From NCBI GenBank assembly GCA_964016885.1, contig OZ024758.1, forward strand, positions 682,001-746,000: a stretch of DNA of 64,000 bases. Reading direction: 5' to 3'. A model generated the notes under the pieces. The model was given only the letters and a program-made list of their open reading frames with translations. It ran no database searches and was not told the DNA's origin. The DNA is from Eledone cirrhosa (taxonomy: Eukaryota). Made by a program: the position numbers and the translations under genes. Shown one piece after another: positions 29,552 to 44,152 of this stretch. Numbering within the stretch: the first letter of the stretch is position 1; every line of letters starts with the position of its first letter.

Positions 29552-29760
29552 CCGAGGGTGAGCTAAAATGTTCATTGGCTGGCTGTGAAGGAGTGATGCT
29601 AGTGGTGTGAATTCTTGCATGCATTAATTTTAATTCTTATTAATAACTGTTTCTACTTTTGGCACAAGGCTAGCAATTACCTAGTACATTACTGGTACTT
29701 TATTTCATCGAACCCATAAGGATGAAAGGCAAAGTTAACCTCGACGCGATTTGAACACAG
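29552..29760. mobile_element. Half MITE (29552-29647) adjoined by a - strand SINE family A fragment (29645-29760)
   Basis: Homology to 458-560 and to 35176-35290 respectively. Confidence 0.6.
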
Positions 29761-29806
29761 ACCATAATAACGGCATATATATATGCGCGCGTGTGTGTGT
29801 GTGTGT

Positions 29807-29866
<60 letters not shown>

Positions 29867-29880
29867 GTGTGCGTGTGTGT

Positions 29881-30016
29881 ATCCCGAGTTCAATCGGGGG
29901 TAACCACAGTAAGTAAGGTACACAAACAATGCGGAGTATAAATGTTTAATATAGGAATAGCTTCTACGGGACTAGAACTGTTTCATTCAAAGGAGATAAT
30001 CAGGAATCCGACAATC
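29881..30016 (-). mobile_element. Short repeat ending in (CA)n with a hammerhead-like variant core
   Basis: Homologous to 21021-21155; minus strand reads CTGATTA-TCTCCTTTGAAT-GAAA-CAGTTCTAGTC. Confidence 0.55.
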
Positions 30017-30027
30017 ATATACATATA

Positions 30028-30205
30028 GAGCTGAGTGGTTAGAGAATTAGATTCGCAATTGTGAGGTTGTCGGTTCGATTCTTGGGCAAGACACTTTATT
30101 TCACGTTGCTCCTTCTACCCGGAGTTGTGACCGATAGAAAGTATTAGCAATTGGAAAGACGAATAGAAACATTGTTTCCTCGGTCCGATTTGACGAAAGT
30201 CGATC
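30028..30205 (+). mobile_element. tRNA-derived SINE family B
   Basis: A box GCTGAGTGGTTAGAG, B box GGTTCGATTC; collinear with 41705-41897. Confidence 0.75.
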
Positions 30206-30213
30206 GAATGTCA

Positions 30214-30372
<159 letters not shown>

Positions 30373-30934
30373 TGTGTGTGTGTGTCTATATATATAAATA
30401 TACACACACACACACGTATATATATATATATATACATACACACACACATATTACATATATGCATGATGACATTTACATTGTTATAGAGTGATGATCGGTA
30501 ATTTATCTTTAGGAAATTTTATAAATTTATTCAAAAAATCCTATTTATGTCAGCTTTGGCTTTTACCGTTTTGAAGTTGATAGAATAAAGTACCCGTCCA
30601 GATTGTTGGCTGGTTAGAATTGGTATTGCCAGGTACATGCTTTATGTTATTTGTTACAACTTACAATTTTGATTTGAGAATCATCAATCGTTGAAATGCT
30701 GTCAGAAGCTACGTACTCTTCCTGATCTGTACTAGGATGGAAGTACACAATGGTAAAAGAAGATATAGTATTTGTCATATAGAATTATTCGTGGAGTTTA
30801 TAAGACTGAAATTACACACATACACAAATACAAAGACACACACACACACAAACACAGACACACTCACATATGTATATGCGAGCGTGAGTATGTGTAAATA
30901 TAAATTCATATGTATCTATATAGGCACACACACT

Positions 30935-30966
<32 letters not shown>

Positions 30967-31080
30967 CACGCACACACACATACATACACACACACACACA
31001 CACACATAGATGTAGATATATATATATATGTCTGTGTGTGTGTGTATGTATACATATATATATATAATATATATAAATAT

Positions 31081-31303
31081 ATATAATTGAATAAACAAGA
31101 GAGATGAACACTAATATAAACATACATGTGTTCGAATCGTAAGGACCAAATTTGCTAGCAAATTTGGTCCTTACGATTCGAACAGATGTATGTTTATATT
31201 AGTGTTCATCTCTCTTGTTTATTCAATTATATTGTACGGCTCGGGAGAGCTTTTTTCTTAGAGCTATTTAATTGTAAGAGACTACTCTGAGTTCTTAACT
31301 CAA
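31081..31303. mobile_element. Zero-spacer palindrome (76-bp arms, centre GCTAGC) plus ~70-bp tail, in TA-rich tract
   Basis: 31081-31156 is the reverse complement of 31157-31232 with one mismatch; tail 31233-31303 then (TA)n. Confidence 0.8.
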
Positions 31304-31347
31304 TATATATATATATAAATATATATGTATATGTATACATGTATGTA

Positions 31348-31411
<64 letters not shown>

Positions 31412-32069
31412 TGTGTGTGTGTGTATGTATGTGTATATATGTAAATGGATCTAAAGTAATATTTAAATATATGATACCACCTGGATGTTATACAATACAA
31501 GCGTTCCTTAATTGATAAAACATGGCCACTTGTCACTAGAACAAAATAGATAAAGGTTTCACTCCCGCTGAGTGTTTTAAGCAATCTTTTATTATTGTAT
31601 CATTTGTTTCCCTTTATAAGTAGTCAAATAGCAAAAGAAAGACGAGGATGCTCGACAAAAAATGTTATGTCTCATAATATAGCAAGTAAAGTAATTATTA
31701 AAAAAAATCAACAACAAAGATCGTAATAACATTTAAAATCAGTAGTAATAACTGACAACAAATGTATGAAATTCTGTATCTAAAGGGAAGTCATCATAGA
31801 ATGTAATATGTTTTGAATGTTATTTTATCTTTTATCGAGAAAACAATAGTTTCCATGTATTTACAGATTCATTCTTTTGTGAGAATGTAATAACATTTTA
31901 TTTCCTCTGTCTTCCCTCGTTTCGTTCTTATTTGGGGAAACACACAAGAATATATAGAAAGAACAGAAATAATAGAGGATGGGAAGATAGTGGTCGGGTA
32001 CATGGTTCAGAAGAAAATAGTTCTTGTTGAATGTATATATATACATATATGTATATATATATATATACA

Positions 32070-32101
<32 letters not shown>

Positions 32102-32301
32102 ATTGAACATCACGTTCAATTGTAAATGAAACATAATAGTATACATACAGATATACAAGATTACGCACATACACACACGTGCGCGTTCGCACTTCGGATC
32201 TAGCTATTCAAATAGCCGGCGCTCAGCTGTCGGGGTCCCTAATATTACACACACACATACACACACATATATATATATGTATGTAAAAGGTGAACAGAAA
32301 T

Positions 32302-32402
<101 letters not shown>

Positions 32403-32415
32403 GTATGTATGTATG

Positions 32416-32477
<62 letters not shown>

Positions 32478-32832
32478 TTAAAGTTCCTTAATGTGATGTC
32501 ATGTGTTGAATCAGATATAGTTAGAATTTGTGCTACACATTCTGCCAATGAAATCAGTTGCCAGTTAAGTAATAGTTAATCTTCATAGACAAGATCCGAA
32601 TGTGAAGAGGAGACAGAATCGTGGTGTCGACATGGTTGGACAATTAAATAGCCATCCGGTTACTAAACTTGTTCAGGAGTGGATTAGTTACCTGACTAAT
32701 AACCAAACTGAAACTGAACTGGTGCGTGTGTTTTTGTTGGCAGCATTAACCTCCCAAAACATGAATCTCTCTCTACCTCTCTCTCTCACTCTCTCTGTAT
32801 ATATATATATGTATTTAACCATCTTTTGATCT

Positions 32833-32930
<98 letters not shown>

Positions 32931-33610
32931 TGAAAGGATGACAAGGACGATTGTTTACTCCTACATTACAGTTATTGGTAGGTGACGCGCGTTTCGCCAC
33001 TTATCCAACAAGCACACCACTAGAGCTGACACTATCACCACCACGACAACCAGCACAACTTTGACCCCCACTCCCACTACTACCACCACCACCACTACAA
33101 CCACCACCACCACCACAACCACCACCACCACTACTGTGAGTGTCTGTGTAAATATGCATGTAAACATATGTGCTTTGTTGCGGGTGCAGTAATATCAACT
33201 GAAATTCTATGTTAAGCAGCAACTTCACATAGATACAAACATTTGTACACAAACACATATATCCAGGTAATGAAATGGATACTTAATATACATAATACAA
33301 TGAGCGTATATATATATCCGAATCTGCCAATTCGCCGCCTATATATCCAATATGTGATATAAACTAAAAAACAAACAACATGTTAGTTCCATCATTGTAA
33401 TGGCTTAAAACCAGTCACGAGAAAAACAATGATATGCCCTAAAGATTTTTTATCAGTTCTATCTTTCTCTTTTGATGAGAAATCACGCCATATATAATTT
33501 CTCATTCTATTTTTGGATAAAGGATTATCGCCCGAAAAGTTAAACAAATTATTTTCCTACTAGATCAAGCATAAAACTAATATATTTCTACACTGTATAA
33601 TATGCCGTTT

Positions 33611-33735
<125 letters not shown>

Positions 33736-33849
33736 ACGTTAAAAACATTATTAAAACTACACCTTAATTTTAACATTCTTCTTTATGAAATTCTCCGAAG
33801 AGCAGCTGCCCTTTTGTAATACACTACAAATGTTTTCAAAAATATTGAT

Positions 33850-34500
33850 AATTGAATAAACGGAGAAACAGATATATAATTATATTAGGTTACTATCAAT
33901 ATTATGACAAGGTTTTCATCCACAATCCAATGTGAGACATATATGTTTAGGAATACTGGAAGAAGTGTTTTAATAAGTGTTGATCATTATGTAGCGGATG
34001 AAAGCAGAAACTAATATTGATATCCTATAAATAACGAAGAAATGTTACTCCAGTATGTAGCATCTGCTGTCAATCAAAAGAGGAATAACATTAAAAGTAA
34101 GGTAGAACACAGATATAATTGGAAAGGAAAGAAAATATGGAAATTTAAAAGAGACACAGAAGAGCTAAAAATTGTAAAACCAAGTGGTTTGAAGAGAGAA
34201 ACAGGGGAGATTATAATAGCAGCTCGGGAGCAAGTAACCAATACATTCTCTGTGATGAAAGGAATCTACCATCTGGTTAATTTTAGTCAATATCAATTTT
34301 ACAGTAGGAAGACAGAGAATGAAATTCATACGGTTAGTGTTTTATTCTTCAAAGCAGAGAATATTAAATATGTCAACATGTACAACGTCTACAGGAATAT
34401 TTATTGTAACCTTTGTCGGAAAATATTACTTGCAAATCTTTAAGAACTTATATCAGCACAAGATGAAAATAATGCAAGAAAATTTAAAAATACGGAAATG
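33850..34500 (+). mobile_element. Decayed R4/Dong-type non-LTR retrotransposon fragment
   Basis: NWKGKK..GLKRETGEIIIAAREQVTNT..KGIY..ETENEIHTVS-like..IYCNLCRK resembles the post-RT region of R4/Dong ORFs (LK.ETE..I.AAQEQ motif, decayed CCHC). Confidence 0.55.
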
Positions 34501-34775
34501 TCATGCAGTAATCAGGATAAATAAAAATTCAAATAGGGTTTGTGACGAATCTTTCTACCTAAAGGCTGAAATATCGAGCAAAATGGTTTTCAAAAGATGA
34601 TAAAACATATTCAGGATTTGTTAGAAATATATTCTTTACACTAGACATCTACAAATAACATTACGAGATACCATATAAAAATCTCCATTGTTTGGAACTG
34701 GTAATGTTAAACATCATGTCTGTCGGGAAACAGCAACAGACGAGAGACTGTGAAACAAATGCACACACGCATATG

Positions 34776-34811
<36 letters not shown>

Positions 34812-34880
34812 ATCAAGGTTTAGCAAATAAGAAAAAGTTTCAAAATAAATTTTAAAAAATTCACTGAACTCACTATGGTT

Positions 34881-34967
34881 ACCTTTACCGAATCGGTTTC
34901 GAGTCTCAAAAATAAATGGACAGACCTTGCGGCCTTCCATTGAAAAGATAAACTCTCGTCAGAAGGT
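34881..34967 (-). ncRNA. Type I hammerhead ribozyme
   Basis: Minus strand ACCTT-CTGACGA-GAGT..(extended stem II)..ACTC-GAAA-CCGATTCGG-TA-AAGGT: intact core, stem I ACCTT/AAGGT, stem III CCG/CGG, GUA cleavage triplet. Confidence 0.8.
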
Positions 34968-35175
34968 TCTTTTCACTCGGAAAATATAAAATTCCCGAGT
35001 TCAAATTACGAACTGGCGCTATTCAAAATTGTTCCCGAGATGAGAATGAATGATGTGGAAGCAATTCTGTCCAGTGCCGTGTGTAAAGATAGAGGCAGAG
35101 GCAGGGAAGTCAGTCTACTACCACTATAAATAGCAGCAGTCAGAACGACCAAATTTTATCTCGACCAAGGGGAGA

Positions 35176-35361
35176 ATAATTGTTTCTACTTTAGGCACAA
35201 GGCCAGCAATAAACCAGTGCATTACTGGTACTTTATTTTATCGACCCCGTAAGGATGAAAGGCAAAGTCAACCTCGGCGGGATTTGAACTCAGATCGTAA
35301 AGGGACGTAACTATGCTGGAAAGCATGGCGTCCGACACTCTACCGATACTGCCAATCCACC
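35176..35361 (-). mobile_element. SINE family A with target-site duplication
   Basis: A box TGGCAGTATCGG, B box GAGTTCAAATCCC, core GCCTTTCATCCTTACGGGGTCGATAAAATAAAGTACCAG; flanking direct repeat CAAG(G/A)GGAGAATAAT. Confidence 0.85.
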
Positions 35362-36887
35362 AAGAGGAGAATAATAATAATAAAGTATATATCCCTTTTT
35401 CTTATTTGCTAAACCTTGATTATATATGTTCTGGCTCGTTAATTTATTAACCTGCTATTGAACCACATTGGTTGGACAATACATGTGTCCCTAGACGCTT
35501 TTTGCGTGTAGGGATATATACTTTATTATATATATATATATATATATATAGATAGATATAGATATATATATATAAGACAGACACACACACATACACACAT
35601 GTATGTGTATACATGTGTTTTATTTTCTTATTCTTTCGCTGTAGTGTCTGTGTGATATTACTTAACTCTGTATGTGTACACTAATTAGGACAACAACACA
35701 GCTCTATTGATGACTATATATCCGTTCTAAGCTTCTTTCAAGTACTCAACAGTTTTACTGATTATATTCCATTGTTCCAACATTTTATGTACTCTAATTG
35801 CTTTTTAAGCAACCCTACAAGCGACGGCGCTTTCACCGTATCTCAGGTGCTCTAAAAATGTTTGGCATTTTTAAAATGTTTCTTATTAAACATGTATAAT
35901 ATAATAAACGATGACAATGAAGGCTTAGCAAAAGATTTATACATAAAATACCTGGTAGAACGTGTAAATTCGTAACACATCATAAGGTATTAATGGCTCA
36001 CAACGACAATTTTACAGTCCCTAGTTGCCATAGCAGCAGGAATGGTGAATGCTGGAAGCCACGAGGCGAAGATGGACATTAATTTGACCAACGATGTTGA
36101 CCCACCAGTGATAGAGTGTTATGGTTGAGCGTCGAAACTCCCGATGAACGCCGAACACCGTCGGGTGACATCAACGCCTCCTTGACAAGGCAATATTCAC
36201 CGAAGGTAATAAATGTGAGGCACCTTCTTAAAGATGTTATTATCCCTAAATATTATCTCGTATATATTATATGTATATCGAACCTTTCCTTAAACAAATT
36301 TGATGTAGCTTCGGTATAAACCTTTTGGCTATTTGTGGTGACAAATTGATAAATTTATATTATCCCTTCTACAATGTTTCTTAAGCATATTGCACTCTTA
36401 AAGTGCATGGTCGAAGAGACTATGTAATGAACAAATGTGCAGTTCCACCGGTAAATAGCCGAAGTTTGTATATTGCAGCTGCATCAAATTATTTTAAGAA
36501 ATAATCCTATTTACATTTAAATTTCTGTTTCAAATGAATATAAGAAAAACACAACAACACAATTTACTAGTGATTTACTTTTGTGCAATGAAATAGAATT
36601 ATAACCTAGATCCAATGTAAAATGTTTCTGGTTCAATATATCAATATTCTTTTGCCTTATATCAATAATTCTGTAAATTTCTTTCTTTTTATAAACATCT
36701 AATGGTTTGAATCGCAGTTATTAACTAACAAATCTCTTTTTCATTTTCAGACGGAAAGATCACATTTCAATTCAATATATATATATATATGTATTCAGTA
36801 CTCTTACAAAACCCCAGTCACACGCACACACACAGAGTCACACACACACACACATATATATGTACATATATATATGTACATATATAT

Positions 36888-36918
<31 letters not shown>

Positions 36919-39256
36919 AATATATATATAAAACCATACACCTCATGCTGTCAAGGAAGCCTATTCATATCTGTAACTAAATGCCACGTAAATGTATATA
37001 GTATCTGTGGTGTAAAAGGTATATGTTTTATATTCATAAGTTAACTTTAAAAGCACTTTATACTAAAAGTTGTTTTGCAGTCGAAAAGAAGGTTGTTTGT
37101 TTCGCTTTGTTCAAATACCCGTTATGGTATGACTTTTTCTTTATGTTCTTTCTATTTTGTTCGACTAATGAGACTAGGCGGAAATATATCGAAGACAGGA
37201 TGCAATACAAAGATGAGCCTTATTCTACACAATAAAATCAAAATGTATGTTTTCATATTTTCAGAATTACTGTTTAAACCTATTTAAACGAATAAGAAAG
37301 TTAGAGTTGAAAGAGTATGTAAATGAAAAAAAAAAAAAGAAAAAACTAAAAATCGAAAACAATGTTTGGGGAGCTACATACTTGAGCTCCAGATGGAATA
37401 GTTGATGGCTGGATTTTATAATATTAGATTTTGTATATGATAACTACATAGCGACGGCTCCATACGAATACAGACGTCAACCACAGTGCCACACTTACAT
37501 CAAATTCAACAGAACTTCGTAAACCTCTACTGTAGGTGCTACCACCGCTGTTGAGGATGCTATTACTTCTAAAGATCCACCAAATGTAGGAACTCTAAGT
37601 AAATCAACAGTACAGGATTTTAGATTTGTTGCCTTTCTTGTTTTATTTTTACTTTTTCTCATGGCTTAATTAATAATACAGCCATAAGCCCAGCATTCTT
37701 TGTTCTTTTTTAGGGGAAAATATTCACTGTTTTCATTCTTAATCTCTGTAATATCTTTACGTTGATCTTCCTTTCTATTATATATTTACATAATGAAAGC
37801 AATACCCAGTTTCGTAGGCTGACAAGATTCTCTCATGGAATGACCAAATGAGGTTTATTTTTTAACTTAATCCCTATAAAGTAACAATTGCATTTATTAA
37901 TAAGAAGATTTGAAATGATGCATATAAGCACTATCATCACTCCTTCATAGTCTAATACCTTTTCAGAATATCCTCGTATATTTACGTGTAAATGAAGAAC
38001 CAAGAAATACTTGAACCTAATGAAGACAATCACATTTAGTAGTAACATAATATTGCAGAAAATGGAAACAACCAATATGAATCTCTTTATTGAACTTTCT
38101 TAATGTTGTGCATCATACTATATCTGACTACGGGTCAAGATATATCATACTGGGGTAAGAATACACAATTATATCTGGGTAGATTGAGACAGGGTTAAGT
38201 GTGTTAGCGACAGATACAAAGCAGATGTAGGTAGCGGGATATGAATAGTCAGTCGTTGTATTTTGAATGCTTCATTGCCTTGCCAAGCCTCAAATCTAAA
38301 TAGGAAGTAAAATTACATGAAACATGTAAAATGAAATGCATTAATGCAATTTCTCATATGGCAAAAGGTCATATATATGCTGTGGAAAAATGGAAATGTT
38401 CCCTGTGGGATTATTTTGACAAGAAGAGCATAGCACAGCATAAAACAGCAGAACACAGCAGAGCACAGCTTAGCATAGGTTGTCATGGAGTGTTTTGTTT
38501 TTCCGAGGCATTAGAGCGGTTAAACCCACCGCTTTGGAAGTTTTTTCAGTAAACACACCTGGTTTGTGTATGTTGCAGGCATGTCAAACTGAAATATGCA
38601 TAAACGTAATTCTATATAACTGCTTATACATTATGTTTCTTGCAAATGTCTAACTACCTCCATCATAATTGATGTCTTTATTGTTATTTTTATGACACTG
38701 TCGATTGTTATTGTTGTTACTACTACCATAACGTCTGTCTGATGATAGCGAAGAAAACTGATTAAATCTGATCATTATCAAGAACAGCAAACCTTTCAGA
38801 AATTATATAATAAAGAACCTCCTTCTGGTCACACTACCTACATCGAATAGAAATCCTCAAACTACCTTTTAATATCGTAGAAAGTTACACAGTTTAGAAG
38901 GTGTTCGTTGAATTAAGAAAATGTAGGAAATTCATGGTGGGAAAATTTGATCAAATGTCTATGCAATCAAATCTGACTTGGGTCAAAATATCAAAAACTA
39001 AACATTCACACTCACTCACACACACTCTCACACACACAAACACATACACACACATATATATGAACATATATATTAGCCTCACTCTCATTTTTATTTCTAT
39101 TTTTTTATATATTCCTTAGTATGTATTCACCTATTAAATTTGCAATTATATGTTTACATACCCAGGCGAATTGATCCAACACATTTAGTTGCCCACCCTT
39201 GCATAGGACCTCACACAGCATTAGTTTATGTGATAAATATATATATATATGAATAT

Positions 39257-39298
<42 letters not shown>

Positions 39299-39474
39299 AG
39301 ATATATGGTGTGCATAGATATACGTGTGTGTAAATATTCTATGTGAATGTTTATATGTGTAATATTTATATATGATTAGAAACATATGCATTCAACAAAT
39401 ATCCACACACATATATAAGGGATAAATTTAAACACTCATATACACGATTATACTCATATATAGATACATACATA

Positions 39475-39514
<40 letters not shown>

Positions 39515-40004
39515 CACTCAGAAACGCATATATATATATATATATATGAAGAAAATGTCAACATCTGTTGGTCTCGAATGATGACTTAACTTACAGAAGA
39601 ATACTAAGATACACAAAATCTTTCATTCCCTGCCATTTTGATCTATGAACATATGCTGAACTAACATTCTGGTACAGTAGGGGTTAGCCTTCAATATCTT
39701 GCAATATGTTTTTACGATGTTTTAATATATTTCATAATAATGAGTTTCAATGCTAACATATTATTCCCCTGGCGATATTATAAAATAGTTGCAATATAAA
39801 TTCCAATTCAATGAATCATATTTGAACCTATTGTTGACCAACACAAACATCCATAAACTCGTATATTTATGAATATATAAAGCGTGAAACTAATAAGACT
39901 TTTTGTGTTTTTCGTTTCCTTAAACTATATATATATATATAGTGTATATATAAACATACATATATAGTATAAATACATGGAGACACACACACAAACACAA
40001 ATAT

Positions 40005-40086
<82 letters not shown>

Positions 40087-40251
40087 TGACAGATGTATAT
40101 ATATATATATATGTACGTCAATATTCATCTTTTTCCATTTCTTAGAGGGTTCTAAACCTAAATATTAGGCTAAAATCTCTTTAGTCAAAAATATTTCGAA
40201 AACTTCTATTTCTAATTTCAAACTCGCTCGCTGTTTCAAAACATACTTACT

Positions 40252-40309
<58 letters not shown>

Positions 40310-40311
<2 letters not shown>

Positions 40312-40497
40312 CGAAGGAAATGTGGTAAGGAACCAGGTGGACCATAACGCACCAAAGTACTCAATACTTAGGGTAGTAGAGTGGGTAATAGGAACAAGTA
40401 AGACCCCGACGGCTGAGCTCAAGCCGTTTCGACGGCTAATTCTGGACAGAATTAGCCGTCGAAACGGCTTGAGCTCAGCCGTCGGGTCTTACTTGTT

Positions 40498-40502
<5 letters not shown>
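40310..40502. mobile_element. Near-perfect palindrome (57-bp arms, 2-nt spacer) plus 78-bp tail, in (TA)n
   Basis: 40388-40444 / 40447-40502 with a single-base indel; same family as 18332 and 44151. Confidence 0.8.
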
Positions 40503-40561
<59 letters not shown>

Positions 40562-40581
40562 TATATATATATATATATGTG

Positions 40582-40620
<39 letters not shown>

Positions 40621-40921
40621 TGAGAGCGACTATTTTAATGTACGAGATATAACATTATTTTAGCTTTACGTTAGAATATTTTAGCAACTTTGATTGCATT
40701 AATAGATGTCAACAGATGGAGGGTTGTTCCCTCACTATATCTCTCCCTCATTCTCCTTCGCTCTTCCAAACTATCGTTCTCCCGTCTCTTTCCATTTTCA
40801 CTTCAGCCCTACCGATAAAAGTGAGAAAGATTCTCTCGTTTACTAGTATATAGCAGAGCCTATTTCATTAATGTACGCCAATTATATTGAGAGTGAGAGA
40901 GAGAGACCCAGGTAGAGAGAA

Positions 40922-41003
<82 letters not shown>

Positions 41004-41704
41004 CTATGTATCTAACTAGGTAGATAAATGGGTAGATAAATGCAGTACACTGAAATATATCTGAAAAAACTATAAGGGTAGCTTTTCTGATGCCTTTAAT
41101 TATCAAGGACCTTACATGACTTTTAGAAACAATTACAAGTGAAATAAATGTATAACATACTTATTATGCTTATTATATTAACACATTCCTCCCGGTTTAA
41201 CATTCTGTTGATCAGAGTAGATGAAATGTAGAGGAGGTCATTAGAAGAGACGAAACAAGCCAAGTCGCATGTAATTTGTTTATGTTGTCAACAACACACG
41301 AATTGTACATATGTAGCACAATTATGAATGTCATAGTACATGCATCGAGTGTTACAGTTATGTTTGTCAAATTAAAACCTTACAAAATCTATGTAATTTA
41401 AATACCTTCGAATGTATACATATAGATATGTAAATTCACTATCGTGTAAATGGGCTTACACTAATTTTCTATGTAAAACCATATAAAAATAACCTTCATC
41501 GACACTGTGTCTACTTATACAATATATAATATCTGGTGCGGAACTTCTTACATGAATACCACCACTAATTCTGTGTGTGTGTGTTTGTAGAGGGGGGGGG
41601 GGGTATTTATTGTTTAGCATATAACAATGTATACTTATGTAAAAACTCAGATAACGTCATGGCGACATGTCAATAATATGCATCGCACTGTCCTATATAT
41701 ATAA

Positions 41705-41897
41705 GGTGTGCGGTTGAGTTGTTAGAGAACTGGATTCGCAATCGCGAGGTTGTGAGTTCGATTCCCGGACCGGGCGATGCGTTATGTCCTTGAGCAAGAC
41801 ACTCTACCTGGAGTTGCGACCGATAGATAGTATTAGCAATTGGAAAGACCAACGGAAACATTGTTTCCTCGGTCCGATTTGACGAAACTCGATCGTT
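41705..41897 (+). mobile_element. tRNA-derived SINE family B
   Basis: B box GAGTTCGATTCCC; core GTCCTTGAGCAAGACACT; 3' part shared with 30028 and 651. Confidence 0.75.
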
Positions 41898-41898
41898 C

Positions 41899-41938
<40 letters not shown>

Positions 41939-41943
<5 letters not shown>

Positions 41944-42173
41944 AAATTGAGGTTGGTAATGGCACATGGAATATATAAGAGACAGAATACTTTTTTGTGA
42001 AAAAACATAATTTTATAAGGTAAGGAAATAATAAAGGGTATACCCTTTATTATTTCCTTACCTTATAAAATTATGTTTTTTCACAAAAAAGTATTCTGTC
42101 TCTTATATATTCCATGTGCCATTACCAACCTCAATTTTCTCTATAACCTTCGTTTTGTGTAGAAAATTACACT

Positions 42174-42178
<5 letters not shown>
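41939..42178. mobile_element. Zero-spacer palindrome (102-bp arms, centre GTATAC) plus ~35-bp tail, in (TA)n
   Basis: 41939-42040 is the reverse complement of 42041-42142; tail to ~42178 then (TA)n. Confidence 0.82.
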
Positions 42179-42220
<42 letters not shown>

Positions 42221-42888
42221 TGAGATAACTCGCCTTAACATGTATGCATTCTAGTGTCACGGACGAGATAACTCGTTTCCAACAGTTCATAACTCCATTT
42301 TACTGAAAACAAAAACCCACCAAACCACTATAGCTGTGTAAAATATATGAGGCAGTCAGCAGGTTAAAGGTCCATAAAAAGACACTTACATGTATACTAA
42401 TTTCAAAAAAGGGATTGTATCTGATAATTATCCAAATCTGGGGGACTAAATAAACTAACTAACGATTTCTATTACCTAATCCCAACATGAAAAGGTTGAT
42501 TTAAACGATTTCCAATATTTAAGACCTACTTTTCTTTATTAATCCTATCTGTTATTCGTTATACGTATTTAAAAGATGTAAGGCAGTTGTATAATATCTG
42601 CCTTGCGTGTTCTCTTCAGACAAATATCCAACAGAGATGTAAAGTTCCTTGATATGTTACCGGTCAGAGGGTTTATTCCCTTCGCCAACCAATAAGCATA
42701 TACTTATTTGGATATTTGTCAGAAGAGAACACGTTGAGTAGTCATTATATAACTGCACTACGTCGTTGAAATACGTATAACGAATAAAATAGGGATGTAG
42801 GAATAAAACCACCCTTTTGTTTATTATAATAAAACTCAGGATAAATAAAAGCCGTGGAGTGCTTCAATGCTGGCCAACTTTCTTCAAT

Positions 42889-42960
<72 letters not shown>

Positions 42961-43222
42961 AAATTGCAAGTCGGAAGAACTATTAGATTAAATATCTACA
43001 GTATTTCCTCTCCTAGTCCGTATAAATCAATCACATAAAAAATGATTATTTGCTTAATTAATTCTTCATTGAGCCACACCGCGAAAGGTTTCCAAACTCA
43101 TATATGTATCTGTGACTATGTCTAATTATATATATATATATACCCCCTTTGAATTTAATATATATATATATATGCACATACTGATATACTGTAAATATAT
43201 ATATATATATACACACACACAC

Positions 43223-43261
<39 letters not shown>

Positions 43262-43367
43262 CATCTATGTATACATACACACACACATATATATATATGT
43301 GTGTGTGTATACATATATGTATATATATGTGTATATATATATATGTGTATATATTTATATGTATATG

Positions 43368-43410
<43 letters not shown>

Positions 43411-43995
43411 ATATATATATGTAATGAAGATATATAGGAATAACAATATGCATGCATGTAGATGTGTGTGTCTGTGTGTGCAGTAGATGTATCCTTACAT
43501 TAGGGGATGTTTTCACCACTTGCACATGCATTTAAACTTTGAAGTATATAAACATATGATCATAGAAACATATTTACACTCACACACACGAATGTTATCG
43601 TGTGTTTGTTTGTGTGTGCGTGAAAGAAAACGAGAGAATGTGTGTGTATGTGTGTGTGTATGTGAAAGAGAATATGTTTTTTTTCTGTGTGTGTGTATGG
43701 GAAAGAGAAGGAGAGAGTGAGAGTGTCTGTTAGTAGAATGCAACAGACTGACACTTTCCCAAATGAATGTATTTACATGATAATGCTTGTGAGTCTGTCC
43801 CACACATCTGTTGCATCTGTTGTGTGACAACAGCTGTTTCTTTAAACAGATTCCAACCAAATCTCCATGTCGAAACATAGCATAAGCTCTCTCTGACATT
43901 ACAATAAAGGCTACATATTATTTCTCCACAAATCTTTCTTTTGTATTTTTTCACCATATTACATATGCCGTGAATAATTTTCATATACCTATATA

Positions 43996-44037
<42 letters not shown>

Positions 44038-44092
44038 CATACGTACATATATGTATATATATATATATACATAAATACGTACATATATATAC

Positions 44093-44150
<58 letters not shown>

Positions 44151-44152
<2 letters not shown>

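Larger units (their letters stand above)
34805..35525. mobile_element. Non-coding inverted PLE-type insert carrying a hammerhead and a nested SINE
   Basis: Arms 34805-34837 / 35395-35427; tail 35428-~35525; (TA)n both sides; hammerhead at 34881-34967. Confidence 0.75.

Noticed and set aside
41705-41780. tRNA gene
   Set aside because: Pol III boxes are followed by SINE body sequence present in several diverged copies; no clean cloverleaf or terminator.
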